This document shows, in pieces, positions 8,339 through 16,906 of a stretch of 20,000 bases of DNA; within the stretch, counting starts at the first letter, position 1, and each line of letters starts with the position of its first letter. The position numbers and the translations under genes were made by a program. A model generated the notes under the pieces. The model saw nothing but the letters and a program-made list of their open reading frames with translations, was not told the origin of the DNA and searched no databases. Where the stretch lies: the IMG/VR virus record IMGVR_UViG_3300026250_000242, one strand, 5' to 3'. The DNA is from an uncultured virus (IMG/VR IMGVR_UViG_3300026250_000242). Lineage: Duplodnaviria > Heunggongvirae > Uroviricota > Caudoviricetes.

Positions 8339-9325
8339 ATGCCATACCATAGCGCCACCGCTATCTGCCCCGACAAGCAGACATTCCTTTCCGCCCTTGT
8401 GGACTTTCTCACGAACACGGTCGGCTGGACGCTTCACGACGACATGTCGGGCGATGCCGAACCGAGCTACGTCTTCAAGTCCTACGGCGAGTCCGGAGCA
8501 GAAGACATCTATTTGCGCTTCGGCGACGACGCGACCACCGACCGCATCTACGTCCAGGCCTGGCAGTACTGGGACGCCGCGACGCATGTCGGCGTCAATG
8601 GCGCCTGGTATTCGTCGGGGACCTACATCCGCATCAAGGACGCCGCCGAGTTCATTTACTGGTTCTACGCCGACCTCGATCACGTCTTCATCGTGACGAA
8701 AGTCGGCTCGACCTACTACGGCCATTACCACGGCTTGCTGCGCCGCTTCTGGTCGGACGCCGTGGCGCTCACACAGGCCGCCGTGACCGCCGGGAGCAAT
8801 GTCGTCATTCCGGTGAACGACGCCGCGCTGTTCCTCATCGATGAGCACTACCTCATCAAGGACAACGCCGCCATCGAGCGCGTCAAGATCACGGCCCGCG
8901 ACACGGTATCCACGCCCAACACCGTCACCATCGAAACGCTGGCTAACGGCTACGCCGCCGGGGCTAAGATCGGCGAAGACCCCCAGCCGGTCGTCGCGGG
9001 CTATTACCAGTCTCCCGGCACGTTTTACGCCGTCAATCGCTTCGACGGTTACACCAATTACAACGGCCAGTATGGCCGGGCGGGCTCCGCCACGGGCAAT
9101 CTTCAATCGGACTGCGACCCGGACAAACGCTACAGCCGGACAGTGCTCTTCCCCTGGATCGCTTCCCATCAGGACGCCAGTTATCAGGAACTGCGGGGCG
9201 AGTTCATCGAGGTCTATGCCATCGGCGGCGGCAACGTCGATTCCGAGGACATCCTCGATATCGGAACGGACACTTACCGGGCCTTCAACCTGAGCGGTCC
9301 CGGCTGGTGCGCGGTGAAGGAGTGA
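8339..9325 (+). CDS. Hypothetical aromatic-rich virion structural protein
   Basis: AGGAGG RBS. Beta-rich and Tyr/Trp-rich, with LVDFL..GWT at the N-terminus and LRGE..VY near the C-terminus. Lies inside the tail operon. Confidence 0.75.
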   Translation: MPYHSATAICPDKQTFLSALVDFLTNTVGWTLHDDMSGDAEPSYVFKSYGESGAEDIYLRFGDDATTDRIYVQAWQYWDAATHVGVNGAWYSSGTYIRIKDAAEFIYWFYADLDHVFIVTKVGSTYYGHYHGLLRRFWSDAVALTQAAVTAGSNVVIPVNDAALFLIDEHYLIKDNAAIERVKITARDTVSTPNTVTIETLANGYAAGAKIGEDPQPVVAGYYQSPGTFYAVNRFDGYTNYNGQYGRAGSATGNLQSDCDPDKRYSRTVLFPWIASHQDASYQELRGEFIEVYAIGGGNVDSEDILDIGTDTYRAFNLSGPGWCAVKE

Positions 9326-9329
9326 TTCG

Positions 9330-9461
9330 ATGGCGACGACTCTAGGTAAAAAGCAGGACGTGACGCCCAAGCCTGCGTTTCGCAGGCCGCGCTACCGGAC
9401 CGTTCTCAATCAGGGGCGGGTGTTCGTGCTGAAAGGAAGGCTGCGCCGTGGGCGTTTCTAA
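9330..9461 (+). CDS. Small basic protein (43 aa), absent from the ORF track
   Basis: Hand translation: MATTLGKKQDVTPKPAFRRPRYRTVLNQGRVFVLKGRLRRGRF*. AAGGAG lies 7 nt upstream. It fills the gap between two genes and overlaps the next start. Confidence 0.6.
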   Translation: MATTLGKKQDVTPKPAFRRPRYRTVLNQGRVFVLKGRLRRGRF

Positions 9462-9909
9462 GGGAAAGATTCAACCGGTCATCCTCAAGGCCGGCGCGCG
9501 GCGGATGGTCTACCGCACCTCGCTCTCGAGCGGGCAGGTGGCGTTCTATGAACTGCCTTCTCCCAAGCCGTTCCTTCGGACCGTCATGGTCCGGACCGAT
9601 GCAGCCGTTCGCGTCAGCCGCACATTCGGCTGGGATTACCGCGAACCGCTTCGGGTGGTTCGTCCGGTGGACCTGAAGGCGGACACACAACGGGCGGTCT
9701 TCAATGCGCTGCTCAAAGACGCCGACATTGCCGTCCGCACGCGGCGGGGCCGAACAACGCTTTGCGACACGGCGGTAAAGGTGACGCACAGCGTTCAGTG
9801 CCGAAGCGATACCGCCCAGCGCATCGGCAGGCGGCTTGGCGCTTCCGTCGACCTGAAACAGACCGTCTATATCGTGCTCATCAACGAATCGCACGTCATC
9901 GCGACCTAA
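9448..9909 (+). CDS. Basic hypothetical protein with 14-aa repeats
   Basis: GTG start after GGAAGG. Repeats of the form xD(T/A)xx(R/K)V every 14 residues. Confidence 0.65.
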   Translation: MGVSKGKIQPVILKAGARRMVYRTSLSSGQVAFYELPSPKPFLRTVMVRTDAAVRVSRTFGWDYREPLRVVRPVDLKADTQRAVFNALLKDADIAVRTRRGRTTLCDTAVKVTHSVQCRSDTAQRIGRRLGASVDLKQTVYIVLINESHVIAT

Positions 9910-9924
9910 AGGAGAACTCAACCA

Positions 9925-10458
9925 ATGGCACTTGGACTCATTGTCAACGCAGGCCGGATTCTGACGGCCAAACTGCTCATGGGGCAGGATGTCGAGGGAC
10001 TCACGCACTGCGCCATCGGCGATGGCGACGCGACCTTCGCCGATCCGCTCAATCCTCCCGATCCCGACATCGGCCAGACCGCGCTCAAGAACGAACGCGC
10101 CCGCAAGCGCTGGTACAAGCGGACCTTCCTCAAGGAGCACCCGGAGGGGGCGCTCATCGTCAACGGCGTCCATTACATCGAGACCGGCGAGGAGACCAAC
10201 ATCATCGGCGTCTTCTTCCGTTTCGACGAGGAGGAGGCCAACGGGATCACCATCAAGGAATACGGATTCTTCGGCGGCGACTGCGCCTATGTGGATGGCC
10301 TCGTGGGCGACTACGCCCTGAACGGCGTTTACCACGAGGACACCAATCCCACGGGTGAAGTGCTGCGCCCCGGTTACCTCTACGAGGTCAAGAACATCCC
10401 CGATTTCAACAAGATCTCCGATACCCGCGTCGAACTCGTGGGCGTGATCAAAATCTAA
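9925..10458 (+). CDS. Tail collar/baseplate arm-like structural protein
   Basis: AAGGAG RBS. IVNAGR..AK, THCAIGDG..PPDPD..QTALKNE.ARK and I.EYGFFGG motifs resemble tail-collar fibre N-terminal domains. Confidence 0.75.
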   Translation: MALGLIVNAGRILTAKLLMGQDVEGLTHCAIGDGDATFADPLNPPDPDIGQTALKNERARKRWYKRTFLKEHPEGALIVNGVHYIETGEETNIIGVFFRFDEEEANGITIKEYGFFGGDCAYVDGLVGDYALNGVYHEDTNPTGEVLRPGYLYEVKNIPDFNKISDTRVELVGVIKI

Positions 10459-10476
10459 GCGAAGGAGAAACACCCG

Positions 10477-13400
10477 ATGACTATCTCGCGAGACACTTTC
10501 GACGCGGCCAAGAACTACAAGCGCATCCGCTACCACCAGGACCGCGACCTGCTCGACTCGGAACTGAACGAGCAGCAGGAGATCATTAATCTGGAGCGGC
10601 GCAAGATCGCCGACCAACTCTTCAAGGAAGGCGCCATTCTATCGGGCTGCGCGATTTCCGCCGCGGCCAACGTGCTCACGGTCGGCGCGGGCGTTGTTTA
10701 CATCGACGGCCATGTGGAGGCCGTGCCGGGCGCGACGCTGACCTACGATCCGGCGAAAGACTCGGGCGCGGACTATGTCTACGTCGAGCGGCTCAAGTAC
10801 AACATCGGCCACACCGTGGACGGCGGCCTGATCAATCCCGCCACGGGCGAGCCGACCGCCGAACGCGAACAATGGATTCTCGCGCTCAAGTCGCAGGACA
10901 CCTCCAGCTTCTCGCTGCCCAACAACGTGACCGAACGCAAGGTCGTCCCGCTCTACAAGTTCGACCGAGCCACGGGCGAGATCACCACCACGGTGCAGGA
11001 AAAGTCCAACATGTACCTGCGGGACCTGCTGGGCACGCTGCCCGGCAACCGGATCACGGTCTCGTCGATTACGGAGGACCAGCTTTCCTTCGCCGCCGCC
11101 GAAGGGCTGCAATCGCTGCTGCAGAACCTGGCCGAACGCACCTTCGACCAGGCGGGCAGTTACCTTGTGCGCGGCTTCGATTCGTTCCTGGGCGACATCG
11201 ACGGAGACGACGTCGACGTGGTCACCAACGCGGGCCGCGCCTACATCGAGGGCTACCGGCTCCAGCTCGACCTACCCACGACGACCGTCGTGCCGAAGTC
11301 CGTCGCGACCAAGTCCGTGCGCGGCGAGCAGAAGACCTTCAACACAAACGAGCGACGCTACGCGCTCAACTCGACGCCGCTCAAGGAATCGACGCAAGTC
11401 GAGGGCATCGTCGAGACGACCGCCAACGTGACGCGCGGCTCGGTCGGCGGCGGCGAAGACCTGCTCGAACCGAATCCCGTCGTGGACATCCTCGAAGTCA
11501 GCCAGGGTGCCACGGTCTTTCAGGAGGGCGTGGACTGGCAGCAGTCGGGCAACCACGTGGACTGGCTCGGATCAGGCAACGAACCGGCCATCGGCACGAC
11601 CTACACTGTGCGCTGGACCTACACTAAGCAGATGATCAAGGGGACGGACTACGTCGACGGCGGCTGGTTCGGTCAGTCCGGCCATCCGGCGGCGGACGAA
11701 TATTACTACGTCCTGACCGCCTTCGACGCGGGCGGCGAAACCGCATATGACGCCGGAGCCATCGTCTCGCGCCAGACCAGCGCGGGAGAACTCAACCGCC
11801 TGACCTGGCTTCCGGTCAGCGGCGCGCTCGGATACCGGGTCTACCGCTCGACAGCCGCGACGGGCCGAACGAACTTCAAACTGCTCATTGAACTGGGCAG
11901 CGATGCCATTTCTTATGTCGACGACGGTGTCGAGGTGATCGGCTCGACCAATCCGCCCACGACGAACACGTCGGGCCTTACCATGTCCGCCGCCCAGATC
12001 GCACTGGGCAATCTGAACGTCGTCAACTTCGGGCGCACCGGCGTCGGCGACCAGCCGGTGAACGGCTCGAACTGCAGCATCGACTACGACTACTACCTGG
12101 GCCGCCGCGACATCATCTACGCCACGCGGACCGAACTCAAACGGCTCGACGGCGCGCCCGCCGACTTTCCGAAACTGCCCATCGTTCCCGAGGGCACGCT
12201 GGCGCTGTGCAGCATCGACTGCCCGCCCAACTCGACCGACTTGACCATCCGCAACTTCGGCCTCACCCGCGTCACGATGGACATGATTCACGACATCATC
12301 GAGGACGTGGAGGCGCTCAAGTACAACGACGCTCAGTACCAGATGAACAACGAGCTGCAGAATCGCGATGCCCAGACCAAAAAGGGCATCTATTCCGACG
12401 ATTTCTCCAACGACGCCCAGTCCGACATCTACCATCCCGAGTGGAGCGCGCGCATCGACGGCGTTCACAAGTTCGTCGCGCCGGGCCGCTCCGCCGTGTC
12501 GAGCGTGCTGGAGGTGGACCCGGCCAACAGCGACGCCTCCTTCTTCGGCAGCCTGACGGTGCTGCCAGGCACTGAGCGTGTGCTCATCGCACAGAACGAT
12601 TGGTCCGAGGAGAAGAACATCAACCCCTACGCCGTCTTCGACAAGCCGCCGGCCATGATCGAGATCACGCCCAATATCGGGCGGCGCGGCCAGACCGGCG
12701 TTTCGGTGCGCGGCATGAACTTCACGCCCAACGTGAGCAACATCACGGTGCGCTGCGACGGGCGCGTGGTGGCCACCGGCGTGTCCTCGGACGAGATCGG
12801 GCGCGCCACGGCGGCCTTCACGATCCCGACCAATGTGCGCAACGGCGACCGCACCGTCGAGATGACCGACGGGACCTACTCAGCCAGGACCGCGATCCAG
12901 ATCAACGACCCGCTCATCATCACCCGTATCCTGCGCATCGTCGAGACGCGTATCATCCGCATCCCTGTGATTCGCGTGGTCTGGCGCTGGCGCTGGTGGC
13001 CCGTGCGGATCGACCCGCTGGCCCAGACCTTCAGTTTCGACCGCAACCGCGTGGTCTCTGCGGTGGGGGTGCAGTTCACGGCAAAGGACCCGGGCATGCC
13101 GGTGACGGTGCAGATTCGCGGCGTCACGACCGGCCTGCCGAACAGCACGGTTCTCGCCGAGAAGGTCGTCTCGCCCTCCGAGATCACCCTTGGGACAGAG
13201 ACGAAGATCGCCTTCGACGATCCCTTCTACGCCGAGGGCAACCAGAGCTATGCCGTCGTGCTGCTGACCAACAGCACCGAGTATCGCGTGCGCGTCGCCA
13301 CCCTGGGCGGCATGGGGCAGAACGGCGTCATCACCAGCCAGACCTACGCCGAGGGCGTGCTGCTGGAAAGCTCCAACGCCGAGACCTGGACGCCGCTCAA

Positions 13401-14025
13401 CGGCTCGGACCTCGCCATGCGCATTTACGGATACGATTTCCAGAACGCGGGCGTGATCCAGTTCCTGCCGATCAGCGGCCAACAGTTCTCCGACCTGAAC
13501 ATCGACGAGTATTCGGCCATCCCCGAGGGCTGCGGCATCCTGTGGGAGTACTCGATGGACGGCGGCGCGACGTGGGACGCCATCGTGCCCGCCGAGGAAG
13601 AGCGGCTGCCGAACCTCGCCACGAGCGTGCTGGTGCGGGTCCGCTTCGAATCGGGTCTGACCAACGACACGCCCGCGCTCAACTTCCGCGACGTGAACCT
13701 GGTCGGCTACCTGAACCAGACGACCGGCGCGTACATCACGCGCGAGAACGAACTGACCCAGGGCGTCGAGTCCACGAAGCTCTACGCCCAGATGGACATC
13801 CCCAGCGGCACGACCGTGAGTTGGTTCGCCAGCAACGACGGCGGCGCCACATGGGAACCGATGACCATCGACGAGACGCGCCCCATCGATCAGGACTGGA
13901 CCGAGTACACGCTCTCGCGAACCTTCGCCGATCTCACCGGGCGCAAGGTGCGCTACAAGGCCGAGATGACCGGGACGGTCCTGACCTTCCCGCGCATCCA
14001 TTCTCTCGGCGCGACGCTGAGTTGA
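10477..14025 (+). CDS. DUF4815-family adsorption/tail fibre protein (1182 aa)
   Basis: DTFDAAKNYKRI....RDLLDSELNEQQ..IADQLFKEG N-terminus, GRAYIEGY, YYLGRRD, KKGIYSDDF, NINPYAVF, DPLAQTF and SSNAETWT motifs, plus Asp-boxes S.DGGATW. Confidence 0.85.
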   Translation: MTISRDTFDAAKNYKRIRYHQDRDLLDSELNEQQEIINLERRKIADQLFKEGAILSGCAISAAANVLTVGAGVVYIDGHVEAVPGATLTYDPAKDSGADYVYVERLKYNIGHTVDGGLINPATGEPTAEREQWILALKSQDTSSFSLPNNVTERKVVPLYKFDRATGEITTTVQEKSNMYLRDLLGTLPGNRITVSSITEDQLSFAAAEGLQSLLQNLAERTFDQAGSYLVRGFDSFLGDIDGDDVDVVTNAGRAYIEGYRLQLDLPTTTVVPKSVATKSVRGEQKTFNTNERRYALNSTPLKESTQVEGIVETTANVTRGSVGGGEDLLEPNPVVDILEVSQGATVFQEGVDWQQSGNHVDWLGSGNEPAIGTTYTVRWTYTKQMIKGTDYVDGGWFGQSGHPAADEYYYVLTAFDAGGETAYDAGAIVSRQTSAGELNRLTWLPVSGALGYRVYRSTAATGRTNFKLLIELGSDAISYVDDGVEVIGSTNPPTTNTSGLTMSAAQIALGNLNVVNFGRTGVGDQPVNGSNCSIDYDYYLGRRDIIYATRTELKRLDGAPADFPKLPIVPEGTLALCSIDCPPNSTDLTIRNFGLTRVTMDMIHDIIEDVEALKYNDAQYQMNNELQNRDAQTKKGIYSDDFSNDAQSDIYHPEWSARIDGVHKFVAPGRSAVSSVLEVDPANSDASFFGSLTVLPGTERVLIAQNDWSEEKNINPYAVFDKPPAMIEITPNIGRRGQTGVSVRGMNFTPNVSNITVRCDGRVVATGVSSDEIGRATAAFTIPTNVRNGDRTVEMTDGTYSARTAIQINDPLIITRILRIVETRIIRIPVIRVVWRWRWWPVRIDPLAQTFSFDRNRVVSAVGVQFTAKDPGMPVTVQIRGVTTGLPNSTVLAEKVVSPSEITLGTETKIAFDDPFYAEGNQSYAVVLLTNSTEYRVRVATLGGMGQNGVITSQTYAEGVLLESSNAETWTPLNGSDLAMRIYGYDFQNAGVIQFLPISGQQFSDLNIDEYSAIPEGCGILWEYSMDGGATWDAIVPAEEERLPNLATSVLVRVRFESGLTNDTPALNFRDVNLVGYLNQTTGAYITRENELTQGVESTKLYAQMDIPSGTTVSWFASNDGGATWEPMTIDETRPIDQDWTEYTLSRTFADLTGRKVRYKAEMTGTVLTFPRIHSLGATLS

Positions 14026-14038
14026 GGGAGGCCCGGAG

Positions 14039-14311
14039 ATGATCGTCAAACGCAACGGGGGGATGACCGAGTTCATCCCCTCGCCACGGGAAAAGCGCGA
14101 GAGCCTGATCCGCGACCACGTCCTCGAAATGGTCGGCCTGCTGCACGACCGGCTCTGCCTGATCGAGGAGGCGGCGGGCATCGACGCCGAACGGGCAGAG
14201 CGGTGCCGCCTTCTGCTGGACCGCATTCGCGCCGAGGAGCGGCAGACCCGCGACCTCAACCGCCGCCTGGCCGAGGAAGGCATCCAGCACGGTTCGCCCG
14301 CTCTGATCTGA
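14039..14311 (+). CDS. Small helical hypothetical protein (possible fibre assembly partner)
   Basis: GGAGG RBS. Last gene before the terminator. Helical, charge-rich C-terminus. Confidence 0.7.
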   Translation: MIVKRNGGMTEFIPSPREKRESLIRDHVLEMVGLLHDRLCLIEEAAGIDAERAERCRLLLDRIRAEERQTRDLNRRLAEEGIQHGSPALI

Positions 14312-14335
14312 ACACGCCCGATTTTGCCTCTGAAT

Positions 14336-14384
14336 CGCGCCCCGGACTGCCCTTTGGCTGTGTTTTCCGGGGCGCGTTTCTTTT
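14336..14384 (+). terminator. Probable intrinsic terminator ending the tail operon
   Basis: Perfect 11-bp inverted repeat CGCGCCCCGGA (14336-14346) / TCCGGGGCGCG (14366-14376) followed by TTTCTTTT. The 19-nt loop is long for a terminator. Confidence 0.6.
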
Positions 14385-14582
14385 GGGGCCGGTCGGCGTA
14401 AGTCCCGACGTTTCCGGCGTTTGCGGCGAGACCGGCATAAACCGTTGGAAATAAAGGGGTTGGAAGTCTGTTTTTCGTGTTCTTCGACTTGATTTCAGGC
14501 CCCGAACCAAGCGTGTATGTGTCGTGAGCAGCCGAACACAAAGGGCTGAAAAAGAACGACTTAGAGAAACGGAGAACACCGC

Positions 14583-15539
14583 ATGGACATGAGAGCAATC
14601 AGGTTCGGGATCGAGATCGAAACCATCAAGCGCACGCGCGAGCAGACCGCCGCCGCCATCCACTCGGTGGTCGGCGGGACCATCCGCCACGTCGGCTACC
14701 CGGCCAGCTACGACCCCTGGGAGGTCGAGGACCTGCGCGGGCGCAAATGGAAGGTCGTCGCCGACGCCTCGCTGTCGAGCGTCCCGAAACACTTGCAGGC
14801 CGAGATCGTCAGCCCGGTCCTGACCTACGAAGACATCCCGCAACTGCAGGAGGTCATCCGGGCCGCACGGCGGGCGGGCTGCAAGGTGGACAGCCGCTGT
14901 GGCATCCACATCCACGTCGACGGCGCGGTCTTCGACACGAAGAAGCTGCTCAACCTCGCCAAGACCTTCTACAAGCAGGAGGAACTGATCCTCCACGCCC
15001 TTGGCATCCACGCCGACCGCCAGCGTTACTGCCGCCGCCTGAGCGACGACTTCATCCGGCGGATCGAGCAGCGCCGCCCCCGCACGCTACGCGACCTGAA
15101 CCGCGCGTGGTATGGCCGCGAGAACACCGCTCCGCAGCATTACGACTCGACCCGCTACGCCACGCTCAACCTGCACAATCTCTGGTATCGCAACACGGTC
15201 GAGATGCGGGCGGCCAACTCGACGCTCCACGCGGGCAAGGTCAAAGCCTACATCCAGTTCGTGCTCGCGCTGGCCGCCAAGGCCATCAGCGCCCGCGCCG
15301 CCTCCAGCCGCAAGCGCGAGTTCAATCCCGAGAGCGCCAAGTATGACCTGCGCGTCCTGCTGCTAAGGCTCGGGATGATCGGCGACGAGTTCAAGACCGC
15401 CCGCATGCACCTGATGGCCAACATGCCCGGCGACGCCGCCTTCAAGACCCGCGAGCAACGCATCAAGCACACGGCCAAACGCAACGCCCAGGCGGCGAAG
15501 GCTGCCGCCGTAACGCCCGCGCCGGCGAACCCGGAATGA
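14583..15539 (+). CDS. Putative amidoligase (COOH-NH2 ligase, Amidoligase_2 family)
   Basis: [36 protein letters not shown] and TVEMR motifs of glutamine-synthetase-like amidoligases. Confidence 0.9.
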   Translation: MDMRAIRFGIEIETIKRTREQTAAAIHSVVGGTIRHVGYPASYDPWEVEDLRGRKWKVVADASLSSVPKHLQAEIVSPVLTYEDIPQLQEVIRAARRAGCKVDSRCGIHIHVDGAVFDTKKLLNLAKTFYKQEELILHALGIHADRQRYCRRLSDDFIRRIEQRRPRTLRDLNRAWYGRENTAPQHYDSTRYATLNLHNLWYRNTVEMRAANSTLHAGKVKAYIQFVLALAAKAISARAASSRKREFNPESAKYDLRVLLLRLGMIGDEFKTARMHLMANMPGDAAFKTREQRIKHTAKRNAQAAKAAAVTPAPANPE

Positions 15540-15571
15540 CCATGAACCCCCAACCACAAGGAGACAAAGAC

Positions 15572-16090
15572 ATGCTGATTCTACTGAGAGACACCGACCT
15601 GGACGGCCAGCCGATTATCGGAAGCGGCCTGCAGATCCCCGGCGAGACCGCGCTGGAGATCATCCAGAAGATGCAAGCCACCTCGCCCTTCAACAACGGC
15701 GATCTGGATGGCTACATGCGGCGCGTGCTCGAAGCCGCGGGCGACGAGGAGCCCTTGCCCGAGGACGGGGAACCGGCGGCACGGGCCTTCCTCGAACGCC
15801 TCGCCCGGCATGGGCTGGTCGAGTTCGTGAAGGAGGAATCGGTCGAGTCCGCCCCGCCCGAGCAGTTTGAGAAGGCCTTGCTCGCCGTGCGCGACAGCGG
15901 CCTGACCAACATGCTCGACCACCCCGTGGTTACGCGGCTGGCCCGCGAGTTCGGCTTTCCCGAGGCTGCTGACTGGATCGAGGCGCATCCCACCGACTAC
16001 ACCCGTCTGCTGCTGAGCGGCGGGGTTCGGCTCCTGCGGGACAACTTCGCCGGAAAGGGGGACGCGCCATGTGCGGACAAGCGGGACTGA
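15572..16090 (+). CDS. Protein with C-terminal DUF5049-like domain
   Basis: AAGGAG RBS 8 nt before ATG 15572 (alternative start 15536). C-terminal LLAVRDSGLTNMLD..V..LA..GF.E...WI.....Y...LLSG matches DUF5049 as I recall it. Confidence 0.7.
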   Translation: MLILLRDTDLDGQPIIGSGLQIPGETALEIIQKMQATSPFNNGDLDGYMRRVLEAAGDEEPLPEDGEPAARAFLERLARHGLVEFVKEESVESAPPEQFEKALLAVRDSGLTNMLDHPVVTRLAREFGFPEAADWIEAHPTDYTRLLLSGGVRLLRDNFAGKGDAPCADKRD

Positions 16091-16893
16091 TCCTCGGCAG
16101 GAAGCGGCGAAGCGAGGCCGAGGTCGCCATCTTGAAGACCGTGTTCTCCGGCCTGCTCATGCACAACGAGGCCCGAGGACGCCACGCCAGCGGCTTGGCG
16201 GTGATCGACCGGGACGGCGAATACCGCCTCTGCAAGCGTCCTATTCCCGCGACGCAGCTCGTCGCCCAGCCCGAATACGCAAACGTGCTCGGCGCGTTGG
16301 AAGGCCGCTTTGGCCGGTTCGCCGGACGCACGACGCTCATCCTCGGCCACACGCGCTACCGGACGCGCGGCTGCGAATCCAACAACCTGAACAACCACCC
16401 CCTGCGCGCCGCCAACTGGATCGGCACGGCCAACGGCACGATCTACAACGCCCCGAGCCTCTTTCGCCGCCACCGCCTCTACCGCCACGCCGAGGTGGAC
16501 AGCGAACTGGTCCTGCGTCTGGCCGACAAGTTCTCCGACATGGGCGTGCTGGACCTGCCCGGCTTCATCGACGCCCTGCGCCCCGCCCGAGGCCAACTAA
16601 GTGCCGTCTTCGCCTCGCTGTGCGCCCCGGAGGTCTCCTATGTCATCCACGGCAATCGTCCGCTGGTCCTGCGGGCAAATCGCCGTTACTGCGTCGTCGC
16701 CTACGCCTCCGAGGCCCGCTTCCTCGACGCCGTCCTCGACGACCTCCCCGGCTGGCGGGACTTGCCCCTGCCGCCCATGACCCTCGCGCAATTCTCGCAC
16801 GACGACATCTTCCATCCCGAATACCACGAGATTGCCTTCATCCGGCAGGAACGCCCCGCGATCCGCGACCTGCCGGTCCCGGCCATGAGCTAG
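16069..16893 (+). CDS. Class II (Ntn) glutamine amidotransferase, stand-alone
   Basis: Catalytic Cys2 (MCG), RGRHASG, GHTRYRT, NNHP, NGTIYN and VDSE motifs. Confidence 0.92.
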   Translation: MCGQAGLILGRKRRSEAEVAILKTVFSGLLMHNEARGRHASGLAVIDRDGEYRLCKRPIPATQLVAQPEYANVLGALEGRFGRFAGRTTLILGHTRYRTRGCESNNLNNHPLRAANWIGTANGTIYNAPSLFRRHRLYRHAEVDSELVLRLADKFSDMGVLDLPGFIDALRPARGQLSAVFASLCAPEVSYVIHGNRPLVLRANRRYCVVAYASEARFLDAVLDDLPGWRDLPLPPMTLAQFSHDDIFHPEYHEIAFIRQERPAIRDLPVPAMS

Positions 16894-16906
16894 AGAGGAC
16901 AAGACC

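Larger units (their letters stand above)
1..14311 (+). mobile_element. Contractile-tail baseplate/fibre operon (prophage or phage-derived injection system), continuing beyond the left edge
   Basis: Co-oriented, overlapping or abutting genes for spike, PAAR, gp25, baseplate J, P2-I-like and DUF4815 proteins. No capsid, integrase or att site is in the window, so prophage versus tailocin/eCIS cannot be resolved. Confidence 0.8.

Noticed and set aside
10477..14582. Possible diversity-generating retroelement or invertible fibre cassette
   Set aside because: No reverse transcriptase, invertase or TR/VR repeat pair is visible in the window.
12880..14598. 572-aa minus-strand ORF, and the 480-aa alternative-frame ORF at 12600-14042
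   Set aside because: Shadow ORFs of high-GC coding DNA. They overlap a well-supported gene and have no recognisable motifs.
16069..16893. glmS/purF/asnB housekeeping gene
   Set aside because: Only the GATase domain is present, with no SIS, PRTase or synthetase domain, and it lies in a mobile cassette.
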